Source: Diplonema japonicum (Eukaryota > Protista > Euglenozoa: Diplonemea). Taken from it: a stretch of DNA of 64,000 bases. Location: assembly GCA_964019335.1 (NCBI GenBank), contig OZ025676.1:62001-126000 (forward strand). Reading direction: 5' to 3'. Each line of letters begins with the position of its first letter. Within the stretch, counting starts at the first letter, position 1. Positions 1-10,288 of the stretch are shown here, one piece after another. Under the pieces are notes generated by a model. That model did no database searches, was not told where the DNA came from, and was given only the letters and a program-made list of their open reading frames with translations. The translations under genes were made by a program, and so were the position numbers.

Positions 1-1316
1 TCACGCGTACTGTTCCCCATGCTACACGACCTCTTTAGCCTAGCTAGCTCATGGTTGCACTTTTGCAGCTCGGTCTCAGCATGTTCCGCTTTCTTCTCAA
101 GAAGCGCACGTGCTTTGACTTCCTGCTGCAACCTATTCTTGAGATGCTCTTTGTCAAGGTTGCTGAACTTGTTCTTAGGCCCAACACCGTCGGACTCATA
201 CAAGAAGAGCTTCTCCTCTGTCTTAAGAAGGAGTTCTTGTAAGTCTCTGAACAAGTGCTCTTTCTGTTGCAAAGCAGATGCAGTACGCCGCCTTTCCTGT
301 TCAACTGACGTGAACTTGTCGGCTTTGACCTCAGTCTGCTTGCACCTGTCACGCAGTTTACCGTTCTCAGCCTGGAGCGCTGCAATGGTCGTCTGGAACT
401 GCTTTAACTTGCCTTCTTTTGAGAAGGCACGCTTTGTGGACCTCACTTTTTTCTGAATTTCTTTATTCAGCCTTTCGTTGATCGCTGCTTTGTGGGCCTG
501 TTCTGCCTCGAGCTGTTCTGTGAGATGAGTGCGCTCCTCTTCGAGTGTCTCAATTCGATACATCAGCTCAGCGAGCTCCGGGCTGCTGTGCGGCACTGCA
601 GCTTCCTTCATCGTGTTGAAATTATTGACCGTGTTGTAGGTCCTGCTGTTATTGATGTGGATGTTGTTCTGCGCAGTACGGGGGTGCGATTTGCGTTTCT
701 TTTTCTGCTCTTGGTACGGTGCTATGATGTGCTGAAGGGTTGCGGAGTCGTACCCAGCTCCCTTTTTGTACCGTGGTGAACTTTCGTAGCCGTCACTTAT
801 GTCGTCGTCGATGGGCTTCTTGGGGGTCATAGGTGGGAGGTGGTCCAGGTCGTCGCGTTGCTGCCTCTTGAGCCGCAACACCTGAGTGGCCTTTCTTGAC
901 AGCGTGTTGCTAGTCATCGTTGAGGTCTTCTTCAGCAGGGATTGCTCATTGACGGGTACTTCAAACGCCGTTCCGAACCTCTTCTGTGCTTTCGATGCTT
1001 CGACAGCATAGATGTGCTTCTTGCTCGTAGCCTTGAAGTGTGTACTATGAACCAACCCTTTACAGTGCTTATCCTTCTGGGCGTCATACGATGGAATCCC
1101 AGCGTTGGGTGTTGCGTCCCACCCTGCTGCCGACTTGGCGCTCTCCTTTCTTAATTTGTGCCCGCCTTGATACCCCCTCTTGACCTTGTCCATCACGCTC
1201 CCGTCAATCCCCTCCAGGCTCAGTATCCCTTTGTCTCCCTTTGCTGTTCTGTCCTTCACCCACTTAGACAGATCACTGTTCGTGTTGTCTTGGTCCCAAC
1301 ATTCCATCGCTTCCAT
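1..1316 (-). CDS. Coiled-coil protein of unknown function, 3'-partial (runs off the window)
   Basis: Manual translation from ATG at 1316 (MEAMECWDQD...YDAQKDKHC...) stays open into a K/E/Q-rich coiled-coil segment near the window start; preceded by ttgcAG|gtgaag-ATG. Not in the ORF track, presumably because no stop lies in the window. Confidence 0.75.
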   Translation of the reverse strand, partial: MEAMECWDQDNTNSDLSKWVKDRTAKGDKGILSLEGIDGSVMDKVKRGYQGGHKLRKESAKSAAGWDATPNAGIPSYDAQKDKHCKGLVHSTHFKATSKKHIYAVEASKAQKRFGTAFEVPVNEQSLLKKTSTMTSNTLSRKATQVLRLKRQQRDDLDHLPPMTPKKPIDDDISDGYESSPRYKKGAGYDSATLQHIIAPYQEQKKKRKSHPRTAQNNIHINNSRTYNTVNNFNTMKEAAVPHSSPELAELMYRIETLEEERTHLTEQLEAEQAHKAAINERLNKEIQKKVRSTKRAFSKEGKLKQFQTTIAALQAENGKLRDRCKQTEVKADKFTSVEQERRRTASALQQKEHLFRDLQELLLKTEEKLFLYESDGVGPKNKFSNLDKEHLKNRLQQEVKARALLEKKAEHAETELQKCNHELARLKRSCSMGNSTR

Positions 1317-1422
1317 CTTCACCTGCAATGCCTTCGAAGTGTTCACAGATGAGAAAAGAAGTACAGAAAAACTCAACCTAAAGTGAAGGTTCAGATTCAA
1401 TTTTTGGGTGCCTGAGAGTGTT

Positions 1423-1710
1423 TCATGCAATGGGAAGCGCATACCTCGGTCGGGCCGGAACAACCCTAGGTACCACAATGGGTTCTTGCCTCTCAGTTTT
1501 GCGCTGTTTGTTCTTCTGTCTCACTGACTTCTTCTCTTTTTCGTTCCTGTCGTGCAGCTTATTACTTAACCACACGAACAAGAATAACGCCAAGACAAAC
1601 CCCGCCGACAGCAGCACAGACTGGGTGGGTGACAGTTCCTCCTCAACCTCATTCATGCGAGTGCAGCTCGCCAGCCACGTACACGCCAACACAACTAGAG
1701 TTTTCGACAT
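1423..1710 (-). CDS. Small membrane protein (signal peptide + one TM helix + basic tail)
   Basis: MSKTLVVLACTWLASC signal-like; VLLSAGFVLALFLFVWL TM; co-oriented with the cluster. Confidence 0.6.
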   Translation of the reverse strand: MSKTLVVLACTWLASCTRMNEVEEELSPTQSVLLSAGFVLALFLFVWLSNKLHDRNEKEKKSVRQKNKQRKTERQEPIVVPRVVPARPRYALPIA

Positions 1711-1800
1711 TTTAACGTGTACCAACCTGTGCTGTGGCTTGTAAATTATAGTTCGGCTAAGGTCGTAGTCATAGTACACAAATATCTAATATAAGATATT

Positions 1801-2946
1801 CTATCTAGATGGAGACCTGTGACGGGTGCTCGCCACTGTACAAGGCACCCACGAATCGTCTACAAGTACCTCAGCACGGCTGCCTCTTGGGGACACAGAA
1901 TCACACACATTGCTCGTTTCGATCAGCCACCCAGTGGGAGCCTCCCAAAGGGTACGTTTCCCACATATCCAAATTGGGATTTCTCTGTCTTCCTGCAGTA
2001 CATAGATACCCGACACGGTGGACCCAGACACTTTCATAGTAGTAGGGATGTCAAGACACCTACGGGAGGGGCTTGACGGCTGCGAGGACTGCGATCTGGG
2101 TTGGGAGCGCGACATTTTGATAGCTTTGAGGGATTTTTGTTCCAGCAGCGTGTTTAAATACCGTGCCTCTTCACGCCATTCATTGGCGCGCACCTCGATG
2201 TCCAGAAGTCGCTCCAGCTCACCGTCGAGCACAACCTTCCCTGTTTCCATCGCAATTCGCTTCGCTCGTTCTTTTGCCACTTCGACGCCCAGCTCCGTAG
2301 CCCGTCTTTCGGCATCTGCTTTCTCAATCCTCATCTCATTTATCTTCTGAAGAGCCTCCGCAAGATTATCTTCTAGGAAGTGTATCTTTTTGATGTTTGG
2401 GTCGATACGAGGTGTCACTGGTGCGGGAGGGGAGGGCGGTAGCTCCGGCGTGATGGGGGGCGTTGGGGGCATAACCCCACCGAGGTAACTTATCGCCCGC
2501 ACGCGGAGGTGGCTGATATACTTCGACAGTGGAGCATATGGGGCATGTAGCACAGTGCTCATCGCAGTGTTACCTGCGGAACCCTTGATGCTCCTCAAGA
2601 CATCAACGATGGCAGGGTTGTTACCGAGGAGGAAGTCGCTCTCGAAGTCCACGTCTATGTCTATGTACTCAACAATACCTAGGATGCGCTCTATGCCGCC
2701 TACTGCGTACAGCCACAGGCAGATGCACGCCCTCACCAATGGGATCACGAAGCTGGTGTCGGATATTTTCCTACTCACAGCTAACATGACGCACAGCAGC
2801 ATCCAGTACAGCCCCCACCGCCGCCTTTCCCTCTCCGAATCTTCGTCATCCTCTTCAAATGCCCGGGCGCTTCTCACCAACGGCACCACCCAGCACCCGA
2901 AAAACGCCAGCAGCTCCACGCCAGCTACTTCCATGCTCATTTCCAT
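1801..2946 (-). CDS. HVA22/TB2-DP1(REEP)-like N-terminal membrane domain + Pro-rich linker + coiled coil
   Basis: RRWGLYWMLLC...PLVRACICLWLY resembles the HVA22/DP1 'W..YW....LWL' pattern; 381-aa ORF. Confidence 0.6.
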   Translation of the reverse strand: MEMSMEVAGVELLAFFGCWVVPLVRSARAFEEDDEDSERERRRWGLYWMLLCVMLAVSRKISDTSFVIPLVRACICLWLYAVGGIERILGIVEYIDIDVDFESDFLLGNNPAIVDVLRSIKGSAGNTAMSTVLHAPYAPLSKYISHLRVRAISYLGGVMPPTPPITPELPPSPPAPVTPRIDPNIKKIHFLEDNLAEALQKINEMRIEKADAERRATELGVEVAKERAKRIAMETGKVVLDGELERLLDIEVRANEWREEARYLNTLLEQKSLKAIKMSRSQPRSQSSQPSSPSRRCLDIPTTMKVSGSTVSGIYVLQEDREIPIWICGKRTLWEAPTGWLIETSNVCDSVSPRGSRAEVLVDDSWVPCTVASTRHRSPSR

Positions 2947-3015
2947 CCTTCCTGTGTGGTGGCTATATTATACCAGTTTTCAACAATAAACATCTATTTA
3001 CATAATTAACATTAT

Positions 3016-3810
3016 CTACCTGTTTCTAAGTGCCGCTTGGGCCGCTTTCAGTTTCATCTCTAGCGCTGTGATGTCATCGCCCCTCTCCTGCCTGTCTGCT
3101 GCAGCTCTCCGTTCAGCTTTCTTGTGCGTGTTCGTTACGGTGTTTAGAATGTGCCGCATAGGTTTTGAGGGCTCGCAGGCAATCGCATATGGGTGGGCAG
3201 GGCTCTCTTCCAGAAGGGATATGGCTGTGCTTAAAGTGCTCATGCGTGCTTGGAGGCGTCGTTTTATGACCTTGCTCTCCGGCGACGTAGTGGTGACGCG
3301 GCGGCGAGAGGATGAAACTTGTGCTGAGACAGGTGCATTGACAGGAGCAGCTGATGTGAGCTGAGTGTGTATTTGGGGTGCGTGTTGCTGCATTGAAGGC
3401 TGTGGTGCGGCAGTTTGTGGCATGAGCTGTGGCATGGAGGCAAAGACTCTTGGTGTCCTGTGCACAACAGAATGAGATGAGGGGCGCAGTACAGGCGTCG
3501 TGTGAGGCACAAGCAGTCCTTCGCATTCAGTACTATGAAATGCGCTCGACGCGCGAGACCTCACTTCACTCCTGTCTTGTGGCAACGGCAACGCACAGTC
3601 TGAGCTGGCCACACTCTTGCAGCTGTGGACACTTATCTCACTAGGCGTGTCTCTCCATTCGCTAGAAACCCTGCGAAGTTTCCATTCAGCCGCCCCCGTC
3701 AGTGCCATCAAGTCGTACTCACTCAGCCGTGTTTCGCTAGGTGGGGGCGGGGGACCTATCCACCTGGACACCAAGTCCGCATTCAACTCCTCTCTCATAT
3801 CACCTGACAT
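3016..3810 (-). CDS. Hypothetical low-complexity protein
   Basis: Long minus-strand ORF; likely start MSGDMREEL. Confidence 0.6.
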   Translation of the reverse strand: MSGDMREELNADLVSRWIGPPPPPSETRLSEYDLMALTGAAEWKLRRVSSEWRDTPSEISVHSCKSVASSDCALPLPQDRSEVRSRASSAFHSTECEGLLVPHTTPVLRPSSHSVVHRTPRVFASMPQLMPQTAAPQPSMQQHAPQIHTQLTSAAPVNAPVSAQVSSSRRRVTTTSPESKVIKRRLQARMSTLSTAISLLEESPAHPYAIACEPSKPMRHILNTVTNTHKKAERRAAADRQERGDDITALEMKLKAAQAALRNR

Positions 3811-4119
3811 GCAATAGAGCACAACAAACATGAGAGAAAAAAATAAAAGCTTCAAATAAACTTCAAAATGAAGAGCTTTTCTTTATGTTATGTCATCTGA
3901 GACGAGAGTGCATACGAAAAGACCAGTGCCACGTAGAGTTATGGAACAAAGGCACTGGCAGATAGGGGAGGGGGTTGTAGGGCTTGGCATGCCTAAAGGT
4001 TACCAAAAACAGTGTATTAGATGGGGAGGGGAGAGGGGGAGAAAAAATATTAAGACGAAAGATCGCAGGTCCGCCTTAAGATGCGGGAAAATAAACGTGG
4101 TAGTGTTTGGAGGATGCGG

Positions 4120-4692
4120 TTAGATCTTGACGATTATTTGCTTTCCGTATCTTACGATTAGGATGGCGGCTGTTGACAGACAAGCGACGAGCATGGAGGA
4201 GCAGACGTTGGGGTTGGGTGGGGATCGCTGGGGAGACACATGACTCAAGGGCTCCTCGTATGCTAAATCAGGTTCGACCAGCTCATGCTCGAGTTCTTGT
4301 AGTGGGTCATTGATGCAAAGGAGGCCTGCCTTCACCTGCATTGGAGAGGGGCCGGGGGGCGTGTGGATAGGTGTATGGGTTGGGGTGGGTGACTGACCAC
4401 CCATGTCCATGGAGTACTCTGCAGGCTTCTCTGCGAAAGACAGGTTCTCCTCAGGAACAGAGCGAATTGCATCAAGCGAGGTGGTGGACGGGGTTAGACC
4501 ACAGTCGCCGTCCTGGCACTCGCTTCCATCACGCTTCTCATCCACGAACCACTCCTTGTGGATAATACGCTCTGGCATTCTTTGAACCGTTACCGGTGCA
4601 AAGCACTTGAGAGGGTTCGGCGATACCATGTGCACATGGGCCCCGGTGTTCATGCGCTCGTTCTGCCTTCGCTTGTGGATGATACCCTGCAT
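4120..4692 (-). CDS. Hypothetical tail-anchored protein
   Basis: Likely start MQGIIHK; C-terminal hydrophobic helix MLVACLSTAAILIV followed by basic residues. Confidence 0.55.
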   Translation of the reverse strand: MQGIIHKRRQNERMNTGAHVHMVSPNPLKCFAPVTVQRMPERIIHKEWFVDEKRDGSECQDGDCGLTPSTTSLDAIRSVPEENLSFAEKPAEYSMDMGGQSPTPTHTPIHTPPGPSPMQVKAGLLCINDPLQELEHELVEPDLAYEEPLSHVSPQRSPPNPNVCSSMLVACLSTAAILIVRYGKQIIVKI

Positions 4693-4844
4693 GTTGTTCT
4701 TTTTATGGTGGTATGTGTGTGTATGTGTACTGCCTTTTTCAAAACGTACGCTTCTTTTTTTTTTTTTTTTTTTTTTTTTTTTGTTGCTATTCACCGACAA
4801 GTAGGAAAAACTTTTTTTTTTTGTTTCTTTCTTTTTGTTTCTGA

Positions 4845-5421
4845 TCACGATGCCTGCGCCTCGGCTATCGGGTTTGCGTGTATTGTCACGTCTTTTATCA
4901 GTATCTCTCTCGTGGGTCTGCCTTTCGCATCCGTCTGTGCCTTCTCCATTTTGTCTAGTGTCTCGAACCCATGGATCACCTTACCGAAGACGGTGTTCAC
5001 GTCGTTGAGATGAGGTTGCTTGGAAAACGTGATGAAGAACTGCGACCCGTTGGTGTTGGCCTCGCCCTTGCGGTTTGCCATACTGAGCACCCCTCGTGAG
5101 TTGTGGCGCAGGTGTTGGCGGATCTCATCCTATGTAATTTGTGGTAAGAAAGAAATCACACCCAAACCTTAAAATAACTCCCCCAGCAGCTAGTACCGCC
5201 TTTACCCGTTCCAGTGGGGTCTCCCCCTTGTATCATGAAGTTTTTCAAACATCTATGAAATTTTGTTCCATTGTAATAGCTGCGGGATTAATATTGCTGT
5301 GAACAAGGGGGACATACTCCGATGCTGCCAGCGCGAGGAAATTCTCGCACGTCTTCGGGCAGTCTCCACAGTGCAGCTCGGCTTTGATGTCGCCCAGACT
5401 CGTGTGTAACGTCACCGACAT
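4845..5421 (-). CDS. PPIL3: Cyclophilin-type peptidyl-prolyl isomerase, PPIL3-like; 3 exons
   Basis: Spliced product [13 protein letters not shown]...[22 protein letters not shown]...LSMAN...NGSQFFIT...HANPIA; two 38-nt GT-AG introns at 5280-5317 and 5130-5167 restore the frame. Confidence 0.92.
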
Positions 5422-5675
5422 TGTACCGATCCTGCCTGCCTGGGGTGGGAATGAGCTGGAGAACAACAGGACACTAAATACGTCTTTTTTTTTTTTTTTA
5501 GAATAAAAACTACAACGGAGAAAAAAAACAGAGTAATACCAGGCAAAACGAAGGCCTTTATATATGTTACGTATTGACAAAAAAAAAACTCAGCGCCATT
5601 TCCACAACTGCGATGGGGAGAAAAGGGGGAGGAATGGCACTTTACAAGAATATATCTATTACTTCACAGTTCTAT

Positions 5676-8027
5676 TTATCGCCAAGGCTTCCGTGAAGAA
5701 GATGTTTTGGCGGGGGACATCGGCCGCCAACCGGAAGGGCGTGACGTTGGGGAAATGGGGTGGAAAGGGTTGCCTTGTGTATAACTTTGAATGCCAGGCT
5801 GCGATCTGTGGTGTTGATGGGACCGTGTGGGCGACAGCCTGTACTGTGGGAGAGGTTCATCGCCTGGTGTGAAAGGCAGGGTTTTAGGAGGAGTGAGAAG
5901 CCACGAGTTAAAGTCACGTTCTGAGACCTTGTGCTGCTTTGGGAGAGCGTGATATCCTTCCACGCTCTTCGGGCGCAGCCCTGTCGCCTGCCGCGGTGTG
6001 TGCGGAGTCATCGGCACTGACATAGATACTGACGGTGGCCCGTAGTTGGCGGAGGGGAACCGTGCTTCAACAGGTGGCAACACGTACTTGAAGCCCTGCG
6101 TACTCTTTTCTCGCATCACCTGCTCGCACAAACCCTTCACATGCGAGAGCTCCTTCTCAAGTGCCCGTATCCTCGTTTCTTCGCTCTTATCAATATCGCC
6201 GTACGACATCTCCGATTCCACCGAGGGTGGTGCCTTCAGAGGTGTTGGCGGCGGTGGCGGCAGCAACATCATCTCATCAGGCTGAGCCACGAAATTGCCT
6301 TCTCTGTGTATAACATCAGGATACACATGTCGCACACCCAACCCTTCACCATCTATGATGCTGTTCCTTCGGGACGGCACCACCATGAACCCATCTCGGT
6401 ACTTCTCTCGGAGCATCGCGCGCTTGAGCCGCTCTTCTGCCGGCAGGCTAGGGTCGTCCTCTGATGGATAGTTGGGACCATACTTAGCAGGTGTTTCCGG
6501 TAGCTTCTTTCGCACCATGGCCCCCGGTCGGCCTGCCAACCAGTACTCCCGTAGGAATTCGACCTCCTCTGCCCGCTGCGGGAACTTCTGCTGCAGTCTA
6601 TCGCACAGGACATGCTCGATGTCCACAGCAGACATAATCGCCTTCCTCGCATCTACGTTGGATCCCACGGACTTTAGGAAGGCTGCAAGCTTCGTCACAA
6701 GCTCTTCCTTTCTATTGATGATCCCGTTCGAGTGGGTCCTGGGCGTCGTCAGAGTGCTGTCTTTTAGGATCAGGCTGTAGTCGTCGTCCTCGGAAAGGAT
6801 ATTGTCCACCTGCTGTGTGCGTGCAAGCGTCTCATCGTACGTGGTTTCTTCTTCATCGGTGGGGTCGGAGCCCTTTGCCGACTCAGCCAGCTCATTAGAC
6901 ATGGAGCTGGTCGATGTGCGGAACACAAGGTAAAGCAGCATGGGCTGTGTATCAGTTCTCCCTTTCTTCTTCTCTTTTTCTTTTTCTTTTTCTTTCTCTT
7001 TGTCCTTCTCTTCGTCCAACCCAGACACGACAGAGAGTGCGGTCTCGGGTGCTGCGAACGACTCGTTGACGGGCTTCTGCATATCGCCCAACTGCTTGAG
7101 GTACAACGCCCTCTTGTGAGGCTTACACAGTGCTTTCCGAAGCTCCTCGCCTCCGAGAAGCACTTCCGTTCTACCTAGCTCCTGATCGTTCATTCCTTTA
7201 ACGATTGCAGTCAGCACGATGTCGTCGGCTGCCTCGGGCTCTGGGTAGATGTCCCATGAGAAGGTCTGGTTAGTAGGCCAGATGGGGTTGTTACCTTTTT
7301 CTGTGGAGGTAATCCTGGGGAGGCTTGCCCCGGAGCGGACCCCGGTGGCCACGACCTCAACGAAGGACTCGACCTCTGCACCTGTGGGGTCACGCAACGC
7401 GAGAGCACCGGCTACAGTCACTTCCAGAACATCGAAGGGGACTGTGACCTCGCCGCTTTCTTGGTAAGGCCAGGAGAGCATCGCGGAGAGTTGAGGAACG
7501 GGAGGTGCTGCGTCTGCCCGTGGGGGGAGGGACGCTCTGATGGTGATGTTGAGTGTGCCGAGGTTGTTACGATGGTTTCTGAAGAGCGTGTCGTCAGAGA
7601 TATTGCCAGGGCGGCCCGTGAGGGGGAGGGTGTACTGCTCCTTGCACACCAAGAGCTCGACCAGCTTTCTTGTGGGAAGCGGAAGCTCGCTGTACCCAAG
7701 GAACTGATCGGCACCGAGGCTCACCTTGTCGAACACCGTGAACCGCACTGCAGCAAGCTCACCTGTCTTGAGCACAGTGTCTTCCATGACCTGGTTCCAG
7801 GTGGGGTTCACAGAACCTTCCTTGGACGACTTTTGTTTGAACGTCACCAGACCGCCTTCAATCAACTCCACCAAGACATACGGCTCGCAGTTGCCGCCGC
7901 CGATGAGACCCTTTGCATGCGAGACAGTGATGTCTAGTACCTCAGGGCGGAGGATGTCATGTGTGTTTGGGGGGTCTTCGATCTCTTCTTCTTCCTTTTT
8001 CTTTCTACACCATGGGAAGCACCCCAT
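5676..8027 (-). CDS. Double C2-domain protein with putative N-terminal acylation motif
   Basis: MGCFPWC N-terminus; C2 motifs (EPYVLVEL...NPTWNQ...FTVFDK...DQFLG; second C2 NPIWP...ELGRTEV). Confidence 0.85.
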   Translation of the reverse strand: MGCFPWCRKKKEEEEIEDPPNTHDILRPEVLDITVSHAKGLIGGGNCEPYVLVELIEGGLVTFKQKSSKEGSVNPTWNQVMEDTVLKTGELAAVRFTVFDKVSLGADQFLGYSELPLPTRKLVELLVCKEQYTLPLTGRPGNISDDTLFRNHRNNLGTLNITIRASLPPRADAAPPVPQLSAMLSWPYQESGEVTVPFDVLEVTVAGALALRDPTGAEVESFVEVVATGVRSGASLPRITSTEKGNNPIWPTNQTFSWDIYPEPEAADDIVLTAIVKGMNDQELGRTEVLLGGEELRKALCKPHKRALYLKQLGDMQKPVNESFAAPETALSVVSGLDEEKDKEKEKEKEKEKKKGRTDTQPMLLYLVFRTSTSSMSNELAESAKGSDPTDEEETTYDETLARTQQVDNILSEDDDYSLILKDSTLTTPRTHSNGIINRKEELVTKLAAFLKSVGSNVDARKAIMSAVDIEHVLCDRLQQKFPQRAEEVEFLREYWLAGRPGAMVRKKLPETPAKYGPNYPSEDDPSLPAEERLKRAMLREKYRDGFMVVPSRRNSIIDGEGLGVRHVYPDVIHREGNFVAQPDEMMLLPPPPPTPLKAPPSVESEMSYGDIDKSEETRIRALEKELSHVKGLCEQVMREKSTQGFKYVLPPVEARFPSANYGPPSVSMSVPMTPHTPRQATGLRPKSVEGYHALPKQHKVSERDFNSWLLTPPKTLPFTPGDEPLPQYRLSPTRSHQHHRSQPGIQSYTQGNPFHPISPTSRPSGWRPMSPAKTSSSRKPWR

Positions 8028-8102
8028 ACCCGGGACCTGGGGTGGTATTTAAAAGTGAAAGGGCGTGATCAAATGGAATGCACTCATAAAAGGGGTGTAG
8101 CC

Positions 8103-8135
8103 TTACTTACTTACTTACTTACTTTACTTACTTAC
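8103..8135 (-). repeat. (GTAA)n microsatellite overlapping the stop of the Elongin-B-like gene
   Basis: ttacttacttac... on + strand, about 8 units. Confidence 0.9.
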
Positions 8136-8567
8136 TGAAGGATTCATGTCATCTAAGTACTCCACCATTGATGCGGGAAGGGCTATCGGTGTTGAATCTC
8201 GCTCATACACAGGTTTCTCGATGCAAGGTGGCTCCCATGAACCGTCAGGGTTCTTGTAAACTAATATTAGAATATCGTTATTTTGCACGGTGTGGAGAAG
8301 TCCCGAGAGCGACATTTCGTTTTCTAGCACAAAGTCTCCCCCGAACGTTAGCAGTCCTGTGTGTGTGTATGTGTGTGTCCTCTCTAGAGTTCATACGCAA
8401 ATCCTCAATCCTCTTAGTTTCGATCCTTGCAATCTCTCCTTTAATCGTCTTAATCTGCGAGGGGGGAAAATTATTTTCTCGCGAACGTCTTTTCATACCA
8501 AATCGCTATGGTCGCAGTGTATGAACCATGTTTGGGTCTTTCGCTTCACTCTGACAAATTGCGACAT
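8124..8567 (-). CDS. Elongin-B-like ubiquitin-fold protein; 3 exons
   Basis: Spliced product MSQFVRVKRKTQTWFIHCDHSDLIKTIKGEIARIETKRIEDLRLLTFGGDFVLENEMSL...DGSWEPPCIEKP; GT-AG introns 8455-8498 (44 nt) and 8357-8396 (40 nt). Split across several ORF-track entries. Confidence 0.8.
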
Positions 8568-8727
8568 CCCGCCCACCCTTCCTCTTTGTTTGGGATCCCT
8601 TTAAATCTTCGTTTCTTTTTTCTTTTCCCCCCAGCCTTTTTTCTTTTTTTTTTCCCCTTCCAGAGGACAATCAACAACGAGATTCGTAGACAAGATGCTG
8701 CATTGCTATATATGCCGTTAAAAAAAG

Positions 8728-8767
8728 AAATTCACTATGATAGGAACGAAGTGGTTAGCAACGGCCC
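8728..8767 (-). repeat. 40-bp dispersed micro-repeat (family B), identical copy at 55467-55506
   Basis: aaattcactatgataggaacgaagtggttagcaacggccc occurs twice, ~47 kb apart, with unrelated flanks. Confidence 0.9.
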
Positions 8768-8912
8768 ACCCAAAGAAATAAAAGACATACAAACAAGGAG
8801 AACCCCCTAAATAGACAGCGTCGAGAACTAACTTACCTCCAATTGGGGCAAAACAAAACAAGAACAAAAAAGAAAAGTGTGAAAAAAAATAAAAAGCAGC
8901 AGTTAAGATGCA

Positions 8913-10247
8913 TCAAAGATCATCGATATTGATACGCGTGGTGCCTTTCCCCGTCACAACGGGGCAGCTCTGCGAGGTTTGGGTCGGTAGGGGGCTCTGG
9001 CTGTCGCTCATGTGCGATGGCAAAGCAAGATCTCGTAAGGGGTTTTGTAACTCGTCAAGTGCGGCAGGAACGCGCCGTGTACTCTTCTTGCTCTCCTGAG
9101 GGATGGGTTCTGCGTCGCATGGAACGGCTTCGGACTCCAGGATGGTGCTGGGCACACGCCTGGAGCTCGTCAACTTCTCCGAAGCTGTTTTATCTTGCGG
9201 CAGCGCAGGGCTGACGATGGCATCCTTCTCAGCTGCTTTATTCGGAGGCGAGCCAAGTAAAGAACTCGATGAAGTGCTTGAGTGAGTGCCATTACCGTTT
9301 TCGACGTCACCCCCTTGTCGTGTCGAGTCAGGAACCACACGCTGGCTCGTAACAGGCTCCGTCGTGGCTGCACCGTCGATCACCACGTCTTCCAGCTCTG
9401 CGTGGCTCTTGTTCTCCTCCTTCTTGCCTGTCGCTCTTGAAGGTGCTTTTTCCATGTCTGCCAACAGCCTCTCGTCCTGCCAATCCCACGCGTCGACCTC
9501 AAGGTCCAAAAAGTTCTTTTTAATAAGCTCTTTTATAAGAGGCAGATCCTCCTTAGCAGGCGCAAAGGTGCCGGAACTGTTATCCATGATGAGCACGCCG
9601 TTCTTCACATGGAACTCGCCTGCGTACACAACCTCCTCTGCAGCGTTGGCATGCACGGCGTGCTTCGAGAGGTTGTCCCGAAGGACACTTCTTCCCGTGT
9701 GGCTGAAGTGCCACTGCCCATCGGGCAGAACCACGTATGTGAAAAAGATCATTTCCCCCTTCGACAGACCGTTGTTGATGAGGGCGAGGAGTTCCCTGCC
9801 TGAGTAAAGGAGGCCTTTGGTTGTCCTTTCGACTCCCATTGTTCTGTACAACGTGTTATGCTCTGCATGGATCGCGCTTCTGACTACCTTCGGTCCCGCC
9901 CCTGGGCCGTAGATCTGGCAAGCTGCTTTGTACGTTTTGGACCACTGCTGCCTTTTCCCCTTAAACACCTCGTCCACGTGATCTAGCTTCACGTTAAACA
10001 CATTAAAGGCAGTGAATTTTGGGTAGCCGTCCAAAAAGGTCAACCATCCACCCATGAAATGGTTGTGGTATACTTTGTACGCGTGTCCGTCCTGGCCTTC
10101 AGGCACCCCTTCAAGGAGCCTTATCTTGCTCGCCTCCATGATGCTCGCGTTGGCTTCTTTCCTTTGGAACCGCGCGATGAGCCAGCACAGTCCAAGCAGC
10201 ACCACTGTCACGGAAAGCCCGATGACAATACCCACCCATACCTCCAT
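8913..10247 (-). CDS. Single-pass membrane protein with conserved SKH...AGEF...DNSSGTFAP domain
   Basis: N-terminal TM (WVGIVIGLSVTVVLLGLCWLI); motif LSKHAVHA...VVYAGEFHVKNGVLIMDNSSGTFAP; disordered C-terminus. Confidence 0.75.
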   Translation of the reverse strand: MEVWVGIVIGLSVTVVLLGLCWLIARFQRKEANASIMEASKIRLLEGVPEGQDGHAYKVYHNHFMGGWLTFLDGYPKFTAFNVFNVKLDHVDEVFKGKRQQWSKTYKAACQIYGPGAGPKVVRSAIHAEHNTLYRTMGVERTTKGLLYSGRELLALINNGLSKGEMIFFTYVVLPDGQWHFSHTGRSVLRDNLSKHAVHANAAEEVVYAGEFHVKNGVLIMDNSSGTFAPAKEDLPLIKELIKKNFLDLEVDAWDWQDERLLADMEKAPSRATGKKEENKSHAELEDVVIDGAATTEPVTSQRVVPDSTRQGGDVENGNGTHSSTSSSSLLGSPPNKAAEKDAIVSPALPQDKTASEKLTSSRRVPSTILESEAVPCDAEPIPQESKKSTRRVPAALDELQNPLRDLALPSHMSDSQSPLPTQTSQSCPVVTGKGTTRINIDDL

Positions 10248-10288
10248 GTGACCTGTTTGAGTAGTATGGTTGTACGAGACGAGAGTGG

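Noticed and set aside
1359-1369. tttctgtactt (minus strand) resembling the euglenozoan spliced-leader core, upstream of a start codon
   Set aside because: Only 11 nt match and the flanks do not fit an SL exon; compatible with chance in a pyrimidine tract. No SL RNA gene was found.
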